Program-made: the position numbers and the translations under genes
The notes under the pieces: model-generated
Told to the model about the DNA's origin: nothing
What the model saw: the letters and a program-made list of their open reading frames with translations, nothing else
Databases searched by the model: none
Shown here: piece by piece, positions 20,124-30,841 of the stretch
Layout: the number at the start of each line of letters is the position of its first letter
Numbering within the stretch: the first letter of the stretch is position 1
From: an uncultured virus (IMG/VR IMGVR_UViG_3300025131_007349)
Taxonomy: Duplodnaviria; Heunggongvirae; Uroviricota; Caudoviricetes
Length of the DNA stretch: 64,000 bases
IMG/VR virus record: IMGVR_UViG_3300025131_007349
Reading direction: 5' to 3' (one strand)

Positions 20124-20693
20124 ATGAGAATATCTATAAGTATAAATGGTGTATTGAGGGACGTATTAAAAAAGATGTCAGATGTGTATGAAAAGTATAC
20201 AGAAAAGGAATGTAAGATAGACATAAATACCACAGACAATTTATTAGAAGTATTTGATTTTGAGACTGAAGAAGAGCTATTTGAATTCATATATGTAGAA
20301 TGCCCAATGGAAATATTTGGACATGGTACAGAAGCGGAGAATAATGTGTTTAATAGCTTAAACGAGTTTTATAAAGATAAAAGAGAAGATTATGACATTT
20401 ATTTAGTATCAGATGAGATTGAGAAGTCAAAACCAGCTACTTTATTCTTTTTATCTAAGTATGGAACTTTAGTAGAAAGAATAGAATTTTACACTATACA
20501 AATGATAGATGATTTGTGGGATAGAACAGATATATTTATCACAGATAATAAGTTAATCTTGAATAGAAAACCAGAAGGTAAATTATCGATAAAAATCGAT
20601 AAACCATATAATAAAGATATTGAATCTGACATTACATTAGATTCTTTCAAAGATGTATTAAAACTAGATGATGACAGATTTAAGCAAATATAA
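20124..20693 (+). CDS. HAD-fold 5'(3')-nucleotidase-like protein with a degenerate motif I
   Basis: ISISINGVLRD in place of DxDGV; DIFITDN and KPYNK resemble NT5C-like motifs. Confidence 0.5.
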   Translation: MRISISINGVLRDVLKKMSDVYEKYTEKECKIDINTTDNLLEVFDFETEEELFEFIYVECPMEIFGHGTEAENNVFNSLNEFYKDKREDYDIYLVSDEIEKSKPATLFFLSKYGTLVERIEFYTIQMIDDLWDRTDIFITDNKLILNRKPEGKLSIKIDKPYNKDIESDITLDSFKDVLKLDDDRFKQI

Positions 20694-21000
20694 CTTAGAA
20701 GATACATTTAGTTTAAGTATAGCAGGAGCTCATTTTTATTTAGATTTCGAGGAATTAGAAACAATAATAAGAATAGCAGAACGTAAAAAGACTATGGATA
20801 AGGATGGAAACCCAGTAGAAGGTTATGAGATTAATGCCCCTCGTTATGAGATATTAAGGATGATGATTGATACTCTTTTGACTTCTGTTGAAGAATTAGA
20901 TGAAGATATGGGAGCATATAGCTTGAAAAATTTAACAATACCCTTTAAACTTGCATTCAATACATTATCACACTATAAAATTATTAAAGAAAAAAATTAG
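20668..21000 (+). CDS. Hypothetical phage protein
   Basis: 110-aa ORF coupled to its neighbours; no recognised family. Confidence 0.7.
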   Translation: MMTDLSKYNLEDTFSLSIAGAHFYLDFEELETIIRIAERKKTMDKDGNPVEGYEINAPRYEILRMMIDTLLTSVEELDEDMGAYSLKNLTIPFKLAFNTLSHYKIIKEKN

Positions 21001-21003
21001 AAA

Positions 21004-22068
21004 ATGGAGCAAACAGAACAATTACAAAAGTTACAACAGGCAATCGCTTCACTAGAAGCACAAACATTTAAAATATTTATTTTAACACAAGACACAAAAG
21101 GAGTTCAACGAGCTTCAGTAAGTACTAATTATAGACTTGTAAAAGTATTAACCGAATTAGGGTATGACGCTTGTATTTTACACGAGAAAAAGGACTACCA
21201 AGGCGTATCTGAATGGTTAGGTGAAGGATATTCACAATTACCACACGCTTGTATTGAAGAAGGTAATTTACAAGTTGGAGCACAAGATTTAGTTATTATA
21301 CCAGAAGTTTTTGGGCACGTATTAGAACAAACAAAAGATATGCCGTGTGCAAGAGCGGTACTATGTCAGTCATATGACTATATATTTGAAACACTACAAC
21401 CAGGACAAAGTTGGCAATTATTTAATGTTAACAAATGTATAACTACTAGTGATGAATCTATGAACTATATAAAAGGTATATTCCCTGGTATAGATGTATC
21501 CACATTTAGACTATCTATTCCAGATTACTTCAAAGCGGACGATAAACCTAAGAAACCTATTATTGCTATCCACACTAGAGACCCTAGAGATACAGCAAAA
21601 ATAGTTAAAACTTTTTACATTAAATATCCACAATATAGATGGGTTACCTTTAGAGATATGAGAGGATTAAATAGAGAGGATTTTGCACAGGCCTTAGGTG
21701 AATCATGTTTATCCGTATGGATAGATGATATATCAGGTTTAGGTACATTCCCACTAGAATCTATGAAATGTGGTACACCTGTTATAGGCAAGATACCTAA
21801 TATGAAACCAGGATGGATGCAAGAAAAGAATGGATTTTGGACATATGAGTTAAACCAAGTAGTAGACATCACTTCATCTTATTTTAAAAATTGGTTAGAA
21901 GATTCTATTCCACAAGAATTATATGACGAGATGTCAACAACACATACTCAGTATTCAGAAGAAAATGAAACTGGAGACATAAAAAACTTTATAGAAGAAT
22001 ATGCTAATCTCAGAAAAAAAGGATTAGTTGAAAATTTAGATAAATTTACCCAACCACAAAACGCATAA
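21004..22068 (+). CDS. GT-B (GT4-like) glycosyltransferase-like protein
   Basis: VIIPE and SGLGTFPLESMKCGTPVIG resemble the GT4 nucleotide-binding motif. Confidence 0.65.
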   Translation: MEQTEQLQKLQQAIASLEAQTFKIFILTQDTKGVQRASVSTNYRLVKVLTELGYDACILHEKKDYQGVSEWLGEGYSQLPHACIEEGNLQVGAQDLVIIPEVFGHVLEQTKDMPCARAVLCQSYDYIFETLQPGQSWQLFNVNKCITTSDESMNYIKGIFPGIDVSTFRLSIPDYFKADDKPKKPIIAIHTRDPRDTAKIVKTFYIKYPQYRWVTFRDMRGLNREDFAQALGESCLSVWIDDISGLGTFPLESMKCGTPVIGKIPNMKPGWMQEKNGFWTYELNQVVDITSSYFKNWLEDSIPQELYDEMSTTHTQYSEENETGDIKNFIEEYANLRKKGLVENLDKFTQPQNA

Positions 22069-22071
22069 AAA

Positions 22072-22953
22072 ATGAAAGATATAACTGTTTTAATACCCGT
22101 ACACACAATAGAAGGAAACTTCAAGGAATGGTTTGATAAGGCAATCAAAAGCATTCAAGAAAATACACTTAAACCTGAAAAGGTAGCTATAATTCACTGT
22201 GATTGTGAAGACGTAAAATCATTTATGGAGTCATATGATTTTGGTGAATTAGATGTTGAATTTATGATAAATGAAGGAGATTTAGATTTCTGTTCACAAA
22301 TAAATTATGGTGTGAGCCAAGTAAAAACTACATGGTTCTCTATATTAGAATTTGATGATGAATATTCTACAATTTGGTTTAAAAATGTAGAGAAGTATAA
22401 AGATTCTTATAATAAAACTTCAATATTATTACCTTTAGTTGTGGATGTTGACGAAGCAGGACAATTCATAAGTTTCACTAATGAGGCAGTGTGGGCTATG
22501 AAATTCTCTGATAAATTAGGATTCCTAGATAATACAGCTCTATTAAACTACCAAAACTTCCAAACTAGTGGGATGGCAATGAAAAAAGAAGATTTTGAAG
22601 CTGTAGGAGGATTTAAAAGCTCTATGAAACTTACTTTCGTTTATGAATTTTTATTAAGAGCTACTTATAATGACTTACAAGTTATGACAATCCCTAAAGT
22701 AGGCTATAAACATACAAATATGAGAGTAGAATCTTTATTTTGGGAATATAAAAACCACACAAGTGATAAGTTAATGCCAGAAGAAGCAAAGTTTTGGATG
22801 GATACAGCTAAGAAAGAATACTTCTTCAAAATGGATAGAAAGGTTAAATATGATGATAGAACCTCAGATAGTGAAATAAAAAATGTTAGCATAGATTCTA
22901 CAGGTGGGGTTGTCACAGAAATACAACCAAAGACTGAAGAAGAAGCTAAGTAA
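22072..22953 (+). CDS. GT2-like glycosyltransferase
   Basis: ITVLIPV, NYGV...WFSILEFDDEY and VGGFK...YEFLLR. Confidence 0.7.
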   Translation: MKDITVLIPVHTIEGNFKEWFDKAIKSIQENTLKPEKVAIIHCDCEDVKSFMESYDFGELDVEFMINEGDLDFCSQINYGVSQVKTTWFSILEFDDEYSTIWFKNVEKYKDSYNKTSILLPLVVDVDEAGQFISFTNEAVWAMKFSDKLGFLDNTALLNYQNFQTSGMAMKKEDFEAVGGFKSSMKLTFVYEFLLRATYNDLQVMTIPKVGYKHTNMRVESLFWEYKNHTSDKLMPEEAKFWMDTAKKEYFFKMDRKVKYDDRTSDSEIKNVSIDSTGGVVTEIQPKTEEEAK

Positions 22954-22964
22954 AGACTTATATA

Positions 22965-23663
22965 ATGCCTCGTAAACCACAACAGAAAGTGTATTTTGGA
23001 CAAGTACAAGAGCATGCTGTTAGAATGTTTTTAACAGCTACTACTTGGACGGAAAAAGACAGAATATACAGAGATTATTTATATGCTCCACTCAATAAAA
23101 TGATAGATTCTATCATTAGGAGATATAAGTTATATAGAAAGGGGTTAGAGTTTAGAGATATTCACGCTGACACTCTATCTTTTTTAATCACCAAGGCGGA
23201 TAAATTCAAACCAGAAAAAAATAAAAAAGCTTATTCTTATTTCGGAACCATTTGTAAAAATTATCTAATGGGACAGATAATAAAAGACAGAAAAGAACTT
23301 ATTAGAAATATATCTTATGAAGACATATCAAGTAGTATACAAGAAAGAGATGATATGGTTTATTATATGCATAAAGATGGGCTAGAATATAATGAACTCA
23401 CAAAAAAGTTAATAATACAGATTGAGGATTTCATGAACGAAAATGACCTTAACGAGAATGAAGAAAAAATAGGTTTAGCTCTAGTAGATGTGTTTTCCAA
23501 TTACGAAGCTATTTTTGTTCATGGAAAAGGTAATAAATTTAATAAAAACTTAATACTCCTATCTCTAAGAGAAATGACCGGACTAACCACTAAAGAAATA
23601 AGAAATGCTTTAAAAAAATATAAGGTAATATATAAATCTTTAGCAGACACACTTAGGAAATAG
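22965..23663 (+). CDS. Phage sigma-factor-like transcription protein (putative late sigma)
   Basis: DKFKPEKNKKAYSYFGTICKN resembles sigma region 2.3-2.4 / T4 gp55. There is a C-terminal HTH-like segment (LREMTGLTTKEIRNAL). Confidence 0.6.
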   Translation: MPRKPQQKVYFGQVQEHAVRMFLTATTWTEKDRIYRDYLYAPLNKMIDSIIRRYKLYRKGLEFRDIHADTLSFLITKADKFKPEKNKKAYSYFGTICKNYLMGQIIKDRKELIRNISYEDISSSIQERDDMVYYMHKDGLEYNELTKKLIIQIEDFMNENDLNENEEKIGLALVDVFSNYEAIFVHGKGNKFNKNLILLSLREMTGLTTKEIRNALKKYKVIYKSLADTLRK

Positions 23664-23672
23664 GGTTGCAAA

Positions 23673-23679
23673 TATTTAT
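23673..23679 (+). promoter_or_regulatory. TATTTAT putative late-promoter motif
   Basis: Intergenic, 20 nt before ATG 23700. One of 9 correctly oriented copies. Confidence 0.6.
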
Positions 23680-23699
23680 TGTTATAAAAATATGACAAA

Positions 23700-24068
23700 A
23701 TGCCAAGACCTAAGAAAAAACAAATCGCATTAGATAGAAATAGTATTTTAGCTTTACTACAAGAGATTTATAACGAATGTGTAGAACAAAGAAACACTGC
23801 TATTAGAATCCAGAATAAAATGTTAAGTTTTATGCATGGACCAGAAGACCTACAAGTGTTAGGTCCAGTTATAAAAGAACAGCAAAAAATAATAGATTCT
23901 ACAATAGAGAAAAAGATTCAACTCTCAAAAATCCAATCCAACTTAACACAAAAAGATATTGAAGGAGGCGCTAATCCATTTAGTTTTTCACTAGATGATA
24001 AGGACGCTTTAAATGCATTATTGAATAAAGAGTCAGATGATAAAGGAGACACCAAATACGAAATGTAA
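23700..24068 (+). CDS. Hypothetical helical phage protein
   Basis: 122-aa ORF with a TAATG overlap to the next gene. Confidence 0.75.
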   Translation: MPRPKKKQIALDRNSILALLQEIYNECVEQRNTAIRIQNKMLSFMHGPEDLQVLGPVIKEQQKIIDSTIEKKIQLSKIQSNLTQKDIEGGANPFSFSLDDKDALNALLNKESDDKGDTKYEM

Positions 24069-25987
24069 TGCCTACAGATAATCAAGAAGCTAAATCAAGT
24101 ATAGTTACCAGGTTCCAAAATCTATCTACTTTTAAAAAAATAAAAGAAGGCAAGGAAAAGAAACAACAACAAATCAGGAGTATAATGGACTCCTACGATA
24201 ATATAAAAGATAAATCCAATAATCTTATACCTTATTTATTAGACCTTATTCAGATAGGTGGTGGAAAAGATGCTGTTAAAAGAGTAAGAAAGAAGATAAC
24301 AAACGGTATTGGAAAGATGAATCCTGAGATTAAGGAAATTATATTTGAGGAACTATTAAACTTTTTGAACTGTAATTTAGATTTTGAACTTCCAGCCGCG
24401 GACGGACCTGCCTTAGGATTTGCAAATGCAAATGATATTGTTCTAGATATCAGAGGAGTTGATATTATGGAATTACTTAAAATTGTTCCAGGTGGAGTCC
24501 CAGGAAAATTTCTTTATGAGAAAGAAGCTATGGCGGTAGGTAGTGTTCCTTTTGCAATGAATAAACAATTATATGATGTTACAGCGAACCCATCAGGTAC
24601 ATTTACTATTTTTGGAGCTTCCACTAATCCATTATTTGATATTGTCTATGATGGTACCACACTGTTAACCATAAGACCATATGGTAGAGACGGCTCATTT
24701 TCTACAGGACCTACTACCCCAGCCAACCCAACTCCATGGAGAGGAGCACCAGGAGAGAACAATTATAAATTAACAGAATTTATAAGAGATTATTTTGATT
24801 CTATAGACATGTTTGGAAAAACTAATTTTATGGCCATGCTTTTCGAGATATTAGAAGGGGTGGTTAGCATACAATTAAATAAAACACCATTAGATTTAGA
24901 ATTGGATGGAAAGTTTTGGGAGATAATTAAAAGAATTTTAGGTCTATGTGGTGATGATGATGTAGGTCTGGGGAATGAAATTAATGTGTCAGGCACAGGA
25001 CACTTATCTGACGATGATGTGGACACTAATCTATTTGAGTTTGGCCCACAAGACCTTAGACATATATATGATTTAGCGAATCTAAGGATGAAAGGAATGA
25101 TTAGATTTGAGGATTGTGATAATATAGAAAAACCTGTGGATGTAGAGTCTATAAATTCTGCTTTAGACTCACTATTAGGAGAAACTGACCCGACTGTTGA
25201 AAATATTAAAATAGAACAAGCACTTAATAATAATATCAATGGATTTGGCATTAATATACCTAATTTAGACTTAAATATTAATTTAGATATTATAAAACAA
25301 TTACCACAAATATTAATTAGTTTAATTCTAACACCAAAGATAATTTTACCTATAGTTACAGCATGGGTAGCTATAGGAAACACAATGAATGCCACTAATA
25401 AAGAAGAATTTTTAAAAGAGTTTATTAGATTGGTAAAAAGAATTATAAAAAGATTAAAAGATTTATTAATACAGATTTTGTATGATGAAGTAAAGAAATT
25501 TATTTTACAATTGATAGATTACTTAACTAGTCAGATAATTGGTGAACAAACCATGAAACAAATGCAGATAATACAGTCATTAATTTCTTTATTAACTACA
25601 ATATTGGAAATGATTGATAATTTAATGAATTGTAAAAGCATATTAGATAGTATCATGAGGTTATTAAAAATTCCGCTACCGCCCGGCGGGGGATTAAACG
25701 TACCTAGTACTCTTAGATTCGCTACATCTGCACGCCCTGGATATTCAAAAACTAGAGCAGTACTTAATACGTTAGAAAATTTGGAAGAGTCTGGTATAGA
25801 TGTATCTGATAATCCAGATGGGTCACCAAATGAGTATGTCACAGCATTAATGGCATATGAGGATGGCAGGACAAAAGAATTTGATACAAATGCAGTTACA
25901 AAGGTTGGTGTTTATCCTATGACAGTAAAAACGCCAGGAGGTATTGGTACTACCGATAAAGGTCAAGGGACCGGATTAACCGCTTAA
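24068..25987 (+). CDS. Hypothetical protein, probably virion structural (baseplate/tail region)
   Basis: 639 aa with amphipathic helical stretches. Lies in the TATTTAT operon upstream of the spike-like gene. Confidence 0.55.
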   Translation: MPTDNQEAKSSIVTRFQNLSTFKKIKEGKEKKQQQIRSIMDSYDNIKDKSNNLIPYLLDLIQIGGGKDAVKRVRKKITNGIGKMNPEIKEIIFEELLNFLNCNLDFELPAADGPALGFANANDIVLDIRGVDIMELLKIVPGGVPGKFLYEKEAMAVGSVPFAMNKQLYDVTANPSGTFTIFGASTNPLFDIVYDGTTLLTIRPYGRDGSFSTGPTTPANPTPWRGAPGENNYKLTEFIRDYFDSIDMFGKTNFMAMLFEILEGVVSIQLNKTPLDLELDGKFWEIIKRILGLCGDDDVGLGNEINVSGTGHLSDDDVDTNLFEFGPQDLRHIYDLANLRMKGMIRFEDCDNIEKPVDVESINSALDSLLGETDPTVENIKIEQALNNNINGFGINIPNLDLNINLDIIKQLPQILISLILTPKIILPIVTAWVAIGNTMNATNKEEFLKEFIRLVKRIIKRLKDLLIQILYDEVKKFILQLIDYLTSQIIGEQTMKQMQIIQSLISLLTTILEMIDNLMNCKSILDSIMRLLKIPLPPGGGLNVPSTLRFATSARPGYSKTRAVLNTLENLEESGIDVSDNPDGSPNEYVTALMAYEDGRTKEFDTNAVTKVGVYPMTVKTPGGIGTTDKGQGTGLTA

Positions 25988-25988
25988 T

Positions 25989-26207
25989 ATGGAAAAGAAG
26001 AAATTACAAAATATATTAGAAGAACATAAAAATAAACCTAATAAAGACTTATTAGAAGCTGCAGATAGTTTAAAAAATGAATTTGAAGAAACAAAAGAAT
26101 TATTACTCAAATTAAGTAAACATTTAGATTTTGTAGAGGAAGCTTATTTTAAAGTTTATAATGAGTTAAAAGATAGAGCAAGATTAACAGAAGACAATGG
26201 CAGGTAA
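25989..26207 (+). CDS. Small coiled-coil hypothetical protein
   Basis: 72-aa ORF filling the gap between two larger genes and overlapping the next start. Confidence 0.7.
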   Translation: MEKKKLQNILEEHKNKPNKDLLEAADSLKNEFEETKELLLKLSKHLDFVEEAYFKVYNELKDRARLTEDNGR

Positions 26208-27885
26208 AGGAGTAGACAAAGCAAATCCCCAAAATAATATATATTTTGGAGTATGCATAGACAATAACGACCCAACAAGAGCGGGAAGAATTAGATTAGT
26301 AGCTGATTTTGAAAATAAAAGTGAAACACCTGAAAATTATGCTGCTGCTACTTATGAAGCGTCGTACAAAGAAAAAGATTATGCTACCGTGGAAGAAATG
26401 TACTGGACAAAAGATGACCCATTTCTAACCTTACCATTATTACCTATACATATAAATGTTTGTCCAAGCAATAGTGATAATGTCCCTATTATGTTTTACC
26501 AGGATGATAATAAAGAACAAAATAGAGTATACATAGGGTCAACTATTTCACAACCTCATTATTTAGGTGGTAAGGATTCTTTAGGTGAACATTATGGTTC
26601 AGGTAGAAAAGGTTATTCTAAAGGCACTAGAGACGAAGGAAAGGAAGCTATAACTAATAACGAAAAATCAGACGGAGCATTTGCTAACCCTAATACAGTT
26701 TCCATAGATGGGAAAGATAATGCAGACATTATACTAGGTTCTAGAGAAGTTGTTATTAGAGCTGGTAAGTTTAAACCGAACAAAGAGTCTCCATGGTTCC
26801 CAACAAAAAATGACGATGTTACTATGTTACAGTTATCTAGTTTTCTTACAGCAAAAGAAATGGAAAAGACGGTAGAAGAAGTACCTGAGGTAGAGGAAGC
26901 GGAAATTAGGTACTTAGTAGAATACCATATTGACGATTTTACTCAGGTAGGTGCTTTTAATGGTAACGTTAAATTATGGGAAGTAACACCTAATGAAGAG
27001 ATAGAAGACTCACGCCATCTAACAAGTAAAGATATTGGTAAAAGTACAAATATTTTAAGTTCATGGGACACAAAACCATTAGTGGAACTATCATTTAACT
27101 CACAACCAATAAGTGGGGTAACCTATTTAGTAAATAAGTTTATAAATGAAGCGAATGGTAGTGGGCCTGCTCTTAGTAGTAGATACCTAAACTCAACCCC
27201 AACAGTTACTCCAGGATGGGCAAAGAACGGTATTGGTATTGACCTTTCATCTAGCGGTTCAGAAGCACCAGCTGATGGTCCAGATTTACATAATTTACAT
27301 CCTTTTTACTATAGACCATCATTAGAATTTCAGAAGGTTATAGCAGATAATCTTACCGGATATGAAACAGCTATAGACATAGAGGCTACGATTAAGGGGG
27401 TTGTTGGTGTAGATGATAGTTTTGGTCTAGTTTTTTCACCATTAAATCCAGAACCTCAGGAGAAGATTAAAAAAGTAGAGTTAGAAGAAGCAAAAGATGA
27501 CCCAGATAAAGAACAGGGTGTCGCAACTTTACTTAGTGATAAAATACTATTTTTTGCTTATCCATCTAAGATTGCTAGTAAAGGTGAAACAAACCCAACT
27601 AAAGAATCAACGACAATATATAGTGAATCACCATACAAAACAGGTATAGACCAGAAGACACTAATTAAAACTCAGGATAAGCATATGGAACCTCTAGTTA
27701 GGGGAGAACAATTAATATTATTATTAGAAATGATGCATAAGTGGATGCAGGGACATTCTCATCATTTCCCTCAAGGAGCACCATTTGATAAACCTAAAGA
27801 AGGCAATGTTACATTAAGTGATATTGAGGAGGCTTTAGGAAATGCTAGGACAGAGATATTAAATCAGAATATTAGAATCAACTAA
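26197..27885 (+). CDS. Baseplate hub/central spike protein (gp5/VgrG-like OB-fold N-terminus)
   Basis: GVCIDNNDPTRAGRIR resembles the gp5 OB-fold motif (DP..xGRxRVR). The C-terminal HSHH resembles the HxH metal-binding spike tip. Confidence 0.65.
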   Translation: MAGKGVDKANPQNNIYFGVCIDNNDPTRAGRIRLVADFENKSETPENYAAATYEASYKEKDYATVEEMYWTKDDPFLTLPLLPIHINVCPSNSDNVPIMFYQDDNKEQNRVYIGSTISQPHYLGGKDSLGEHYGSGRKGYSKGTRDEGKEAITNNEKSDGAFANPNTVSIDGKDNADIILGSREVVIRAGKFKPNKESPWFPTKNDDVTMLQLSSFLTAKEMEKTVEEVPEVEEAEIRYLVEYHIDDFTQVGAFNGNVKLWEVTPNEEIEDSRHLTSKDIGKSTNILSSWDTKPLVELSFNSQPISGVTYLVNKFINEANGSGPALSSRYLNSTPTVTPGWAKNGIGIDLSSSGSEAPADGPDLHNLHPFYYRPSLEFQKVIADNLTGYETAIDIEATIKGVVGVDDSFGLVFSPLNPEPQEKIKKVELEEAKDDPDKEQGVATLLSDKILFFAYPSKIASKGETNPTKESTTIYSESPYKTGIDQKTLIKTQDKHMEPLVRGEQLILLLEMMHKWMQGHSHHFPQGAPFDKPKEGNVTLSDIEEALGNARTEILNQNIRIN

Positions 27886-27886
27886 G

Positions 27887-27893
27887 TATTTAT
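27887..27893 (+). promoter_or_regulatory. TATTTAT putative late-promoter motif
   Basis: Intergenic, 16 nt before ATG 27910. Confidence 0.6.
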
Positions 27894-27909
27894 AGTTAAA
27901 GATATTTTA

Positions 27910-29424
27910 ATGGCACTTCATAAATCATATTTTAGTAAAAACAATACATTAGTAAAAGATAGTGAGGTAAACACTGCTAAGAATCCAGTGACTGAATTAT
28001 TTTATGGTGGTGGGTACACTTCTATTAATACTACAGGAGGTACTATTACTACTTCATCTAAGTTTTCAAGATTTATATTCGATTTAGAGTTACAAGATTT
28101 GAAACGTAAATACGCTGATGGGACCATAGTACTTGCGGGTGGGTGTGGTAATTCTGCTACTACTCACACACTAAGAATGGTCAATACTTCATTTTTTGAT
28201 ACTGAACTTTTAAACACTGAAACTGCCTCTGCACGTATGAGAGCAACTTCTTTTGACCTTTTATTATTTAAAATAGTTGATAATGTACATGTCTCAGCTA
28301 CTACAGCTTGTTGGGATGAAGGTGTTGGATATGATTATAAATCATCTTGGGACTTTCAGAATATGAGAACAGATAAGAGTTATTCCGAAAGACCAAGCAA
28401 TTATTATAAGGCCACAACTTTACAGTCTTGGTTATATCCAGGAATATATAATAATGGTGGTACTCCAGCAGTTTCTATAATAGACACCCAACATTTTGAT
28501 AACGGTAATGAGAATATAGTATTCGACATGAGTGCTGAGATTAATAATATATTAAGTGGTGGGACTCCTGATGATTGTGGGTATGGTGTTGCTTTTTTTG
28601 CTAGATATGAGAACATGACAGGCCTTACGGAAAGTTACTCTGTCGGGTTCTACACCAAGTATACTCAAACATTTTACGAACCTTATTTAGAAAGTAACTA
28701 TGATGATACTATAGATGACGCTAGGGCTAATTTTTATGAAGGCAAGATTAATTGTCTATATTTGTATGTGAATGCAGGAGGAAAGCCAGTTAATTTAGAT
28801 TATTTACCTAATGTAACCATATATGATAATAGTAATCAAATAGTTTCCGCTCTTACGTCCACCAATATATCTAGAGTAACTAAAGGAGTTTATTGTACAT
28901 GTTTCAGTATAGATTGTGACACTTATACGACACCTTGTTTATTTAGAGACCAATGGTCTAATCTAGAAATAGATGGTATCTGTAGAGACGATGTAACTAA
29001 TAAGTTTACTTTGAAGTCTAATGATGATTATTTTAATATAGGGACCAATGCAGGTGAACCTAAGACTTACGGTTATTCTTTTAGTGGTTTAAAAAAGGAT
29101 GAAAAGATAGTGGCTGGGGATGTTAGAAAAATCCTAGTATCAGCAAGAAAACCATATACAGTTAATGTGGATGTAGATATATCTGATTTAGAATATAGAA
29201 TATTTGTTAAACAAGGAACACAACAAGTAGAGACACATCCATGGGCCAAAGTTAGTCGTGCTTATAATCAGAATTATTTTATTGTAGATACGGGGGATAT
29301 GATACCGAATGAGTATTTTATAGATTTAAAAGCTATTTCTAATTTAGAGGTTAATAGTTATCGTGAAGCGATAAATTTCCAAGTAGTTAGCCAGGCAAAT
29401 TACTTCGGCAATCCACCAACGTAG
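27910..29424 (+). CDS. Hypothetical beta-rich protein, probably virion structural
   Basis: 504 aa, rich in S/T/N/Y/G, preceded by TATTTAT. Confidence 0.6.
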   Translation: MALHKSYFSKNNTLVKDSEVNTAKNPVTELFYGGGYTSINTTGGTITTSSKFSRFIFDLELQDLKRKYADGTIVLAGGCGNSATTHTLRMVNTSFFDTELLNTETASARMRATSFDLLLFKIVDNVHVSATTACWDEGVGYDYKSSWDFQNMRTDKSYSERPSNYYKATTLQSWLYPGIYNNGGTPAVSIIDTQHFDNGNENIVFDMSAEINNILSGGTPDDCGYGVAFFARYENMTGLTESYSVGFYTKYTQTFYEPYLESNYDDTIDDARANFYEGKINCLYLYVNAGGKPVNLDYLPNVTIYDNSNQIVSALTSTNISRVTKGVYCTCFSIDCDTYTTPCLFRDQWSNLEIDGICRDDVTNKFTLKSNDDYFNIGTNAGEPKTYGYSFSGLKKDEKIVAGDVRKILVSARKPYTVNVDVDISDLEYRIFVKQGTQQVETHPWAKVSRAYNQNYFIVDTGDMIPNEYFIDLKAISNLEVNSYREAINFQVVSQANYFGNPPT

Positions 29425-29426
29425 AA

Positions 29427-30110
29427 TTATTTTTTTACTGATTTAACTTTATTAATCTTACCGAAGAATATTTTATTACCAACCCGTAGACTTAAATTTT
29501 CGTTTATATTAGTTTCTTCTAATATATTTCTTACTTTATTTTCTACTATTTCCTCCAAAGATTCTTTAATAGTTTCTTTTATTACACTTTTCATATCTGA
29601 AGAGGACGCTGTAGGTCGATTATTAGTGACAGCAGTATTAGAGATTGGAATGGTAGTGACGGGTGGTGGTATGTCTATAGTTGAGTTAGCTGTAGTTCTC
29701 ATACCATCTACCGAATAATTACTACTTTTCATTTTCTTTGAAACTTCTTCTATAAATTCAGGACTTAATTTATTAGTAGCGTTGTTATAATCCATAGTAG
29801 GGATGGGATTATTAATCATTGCTTTTTTAATTGCGGGCGGTAATTTAGATTCCATAATTCTCTCTTTTGTGTGACCTGCCTTAGGATTCATATTCATTGG
29901 TGCTTCTTGTTGTACTTGAGAAGTAGGTAAAGGTGCGTTAGGGGCGTTAGGTGGTAGTTGTGATAACATTTGTTCAGGTGGTACCTGTTCTGTCATTGTT
30001 TGGGTCATTGTACGGTTTTGTGAAGTTGGTTTTACATTTCCACTCTCCACTGCACCCATAACTTTTTTTGCTTTAAGTAAAGAATTTTGTAATTTAGTTA
30101 AGTCAGCCAT
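29427..30110 (-). CDS. Hypothetical protein
   Basis: 227-aa ORF, last gene of the minus-strand operon, with a TAATG overlap. Confidence 0.75.
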   Translation of the reverse strand: MADLTKLQNSLLKAKKVMGAVESGNVKPTSQNRTMTQTMTEQVPPEQMLSQLPPNAPNAPLPTSQVQQEAPMNMNPKAGHTKERIMESKLPPAIKKAMINNPIPTMDYNNATNKLSPEFIEEVSKKMKSSNYSVDGMRTTANSTIDIPPPVTTIPISNTAVTNNRPTASSSDMKSVIKETIKESLEEIVENKVRNILEETNINENLSLRVGNKIFFGKINKVKSVKK

Positions 30111-30490
30111 TAAAATTTAGCGTTTATATAAACAGTTCTCATTGTTTTATCCCCATTAGGGTTATAATTAGGTCTAACCTCGTTAAAAACTTCATGAGTA
30201 TTATCAAAGTTCCTAATTCTATCAGTCCTAAACAATCTCCATCCCGGCATTGTATTAGGTCTATCAGTTGCCCCTTCTCTTTGCCATGCTCTTACAACTG
30301 GATTTCCAGGACCCATCTTAGTTCTAGAGAGACCAAAACATACAGGCTCTATAGTTCTCCAACCAGGATTATTAGTGGTATCCCCCGCATAATAGATAGA
30401 AACTAAATTTCTATTTCTAATAGAGTCCATTACTTCATCACGGTTGGCTACTTCTAATATAAGTTCACGAACAGTATTGTAAAGTTTCAT
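30110..30490 (-). CDS. Stand-alone WYL-domain protein
   Basis: VSIYY...RTIEPVCFG...VRAWQ...WRLFRTDRI matches the WYL pattern (RxxEP...xAxx...RxFRxDRI). Confidence 0.75.
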   Translation of the reverse strand: MKLYNTVRELILEVANRDEVMDSIRNRNLVSIYYAGDTTNNPGWRTIEPVCFGLSRTKMGPGNPVVRAWQREGATDRPNTMPGWRLFRTDRIRNFDNTHEVFNEVRPNYNPNGDKTMRTVYINAKF

Positions 30491-30504
30491 TTTAATTAAC
30501 TAGT

Positions 30505-30825
30505 TTAGATGCCAACAGAATTATCACCTTCATCTGTAACATTATAATATTCTTTTTTCTTATTATATAAATTACTAGATATTAAAGATTTTCTTTCGTT
30601 CTTATCTGTTAAACTACCCGTTTCATCACTATAAACACCTAAGTAACTTGCATTACCCTTACCTTTTTCATCACCATCACTTGTAGCGTTGGGATGATTA
30701 ACAGAATAATTAGTTTCTGCGTCATTTGGTTGATAGATGTTTTTAGTTATCATTTTTTTATACTCCGCATTCGCGATGTCAGTTAGTGTTTGTCCAGGTT
30801 TTGAATTGTACTTGTTATCAGCCAT
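30505..30825 (-). CDS. Hypothetical protein
   Basis: 106-aa ORF in the minus-strand operon. Confidence 0.7.
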   Translation of the reverse strand: MADNKYNSKPGQTLTDIANAEYKKMITKNIYQPNDAETNYSVNHPNATSDGDEKGKGNASYLGVYSDETGSLTDKNERKSLISSNLYNKKKEYYNVTDEGDNSVGI

Positions 30826-30841
30826 TTTTAATTGTTTTTAT

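Noticed and set aside
266..30406. Short antisense ORFs overlapping enzyme and structural genes (e.g. 8755-9186, 24790-25395, 30194-30406)
   Set aside because: They lie fully or almost fully opposite well-supported genes and show no recognisable motifs.
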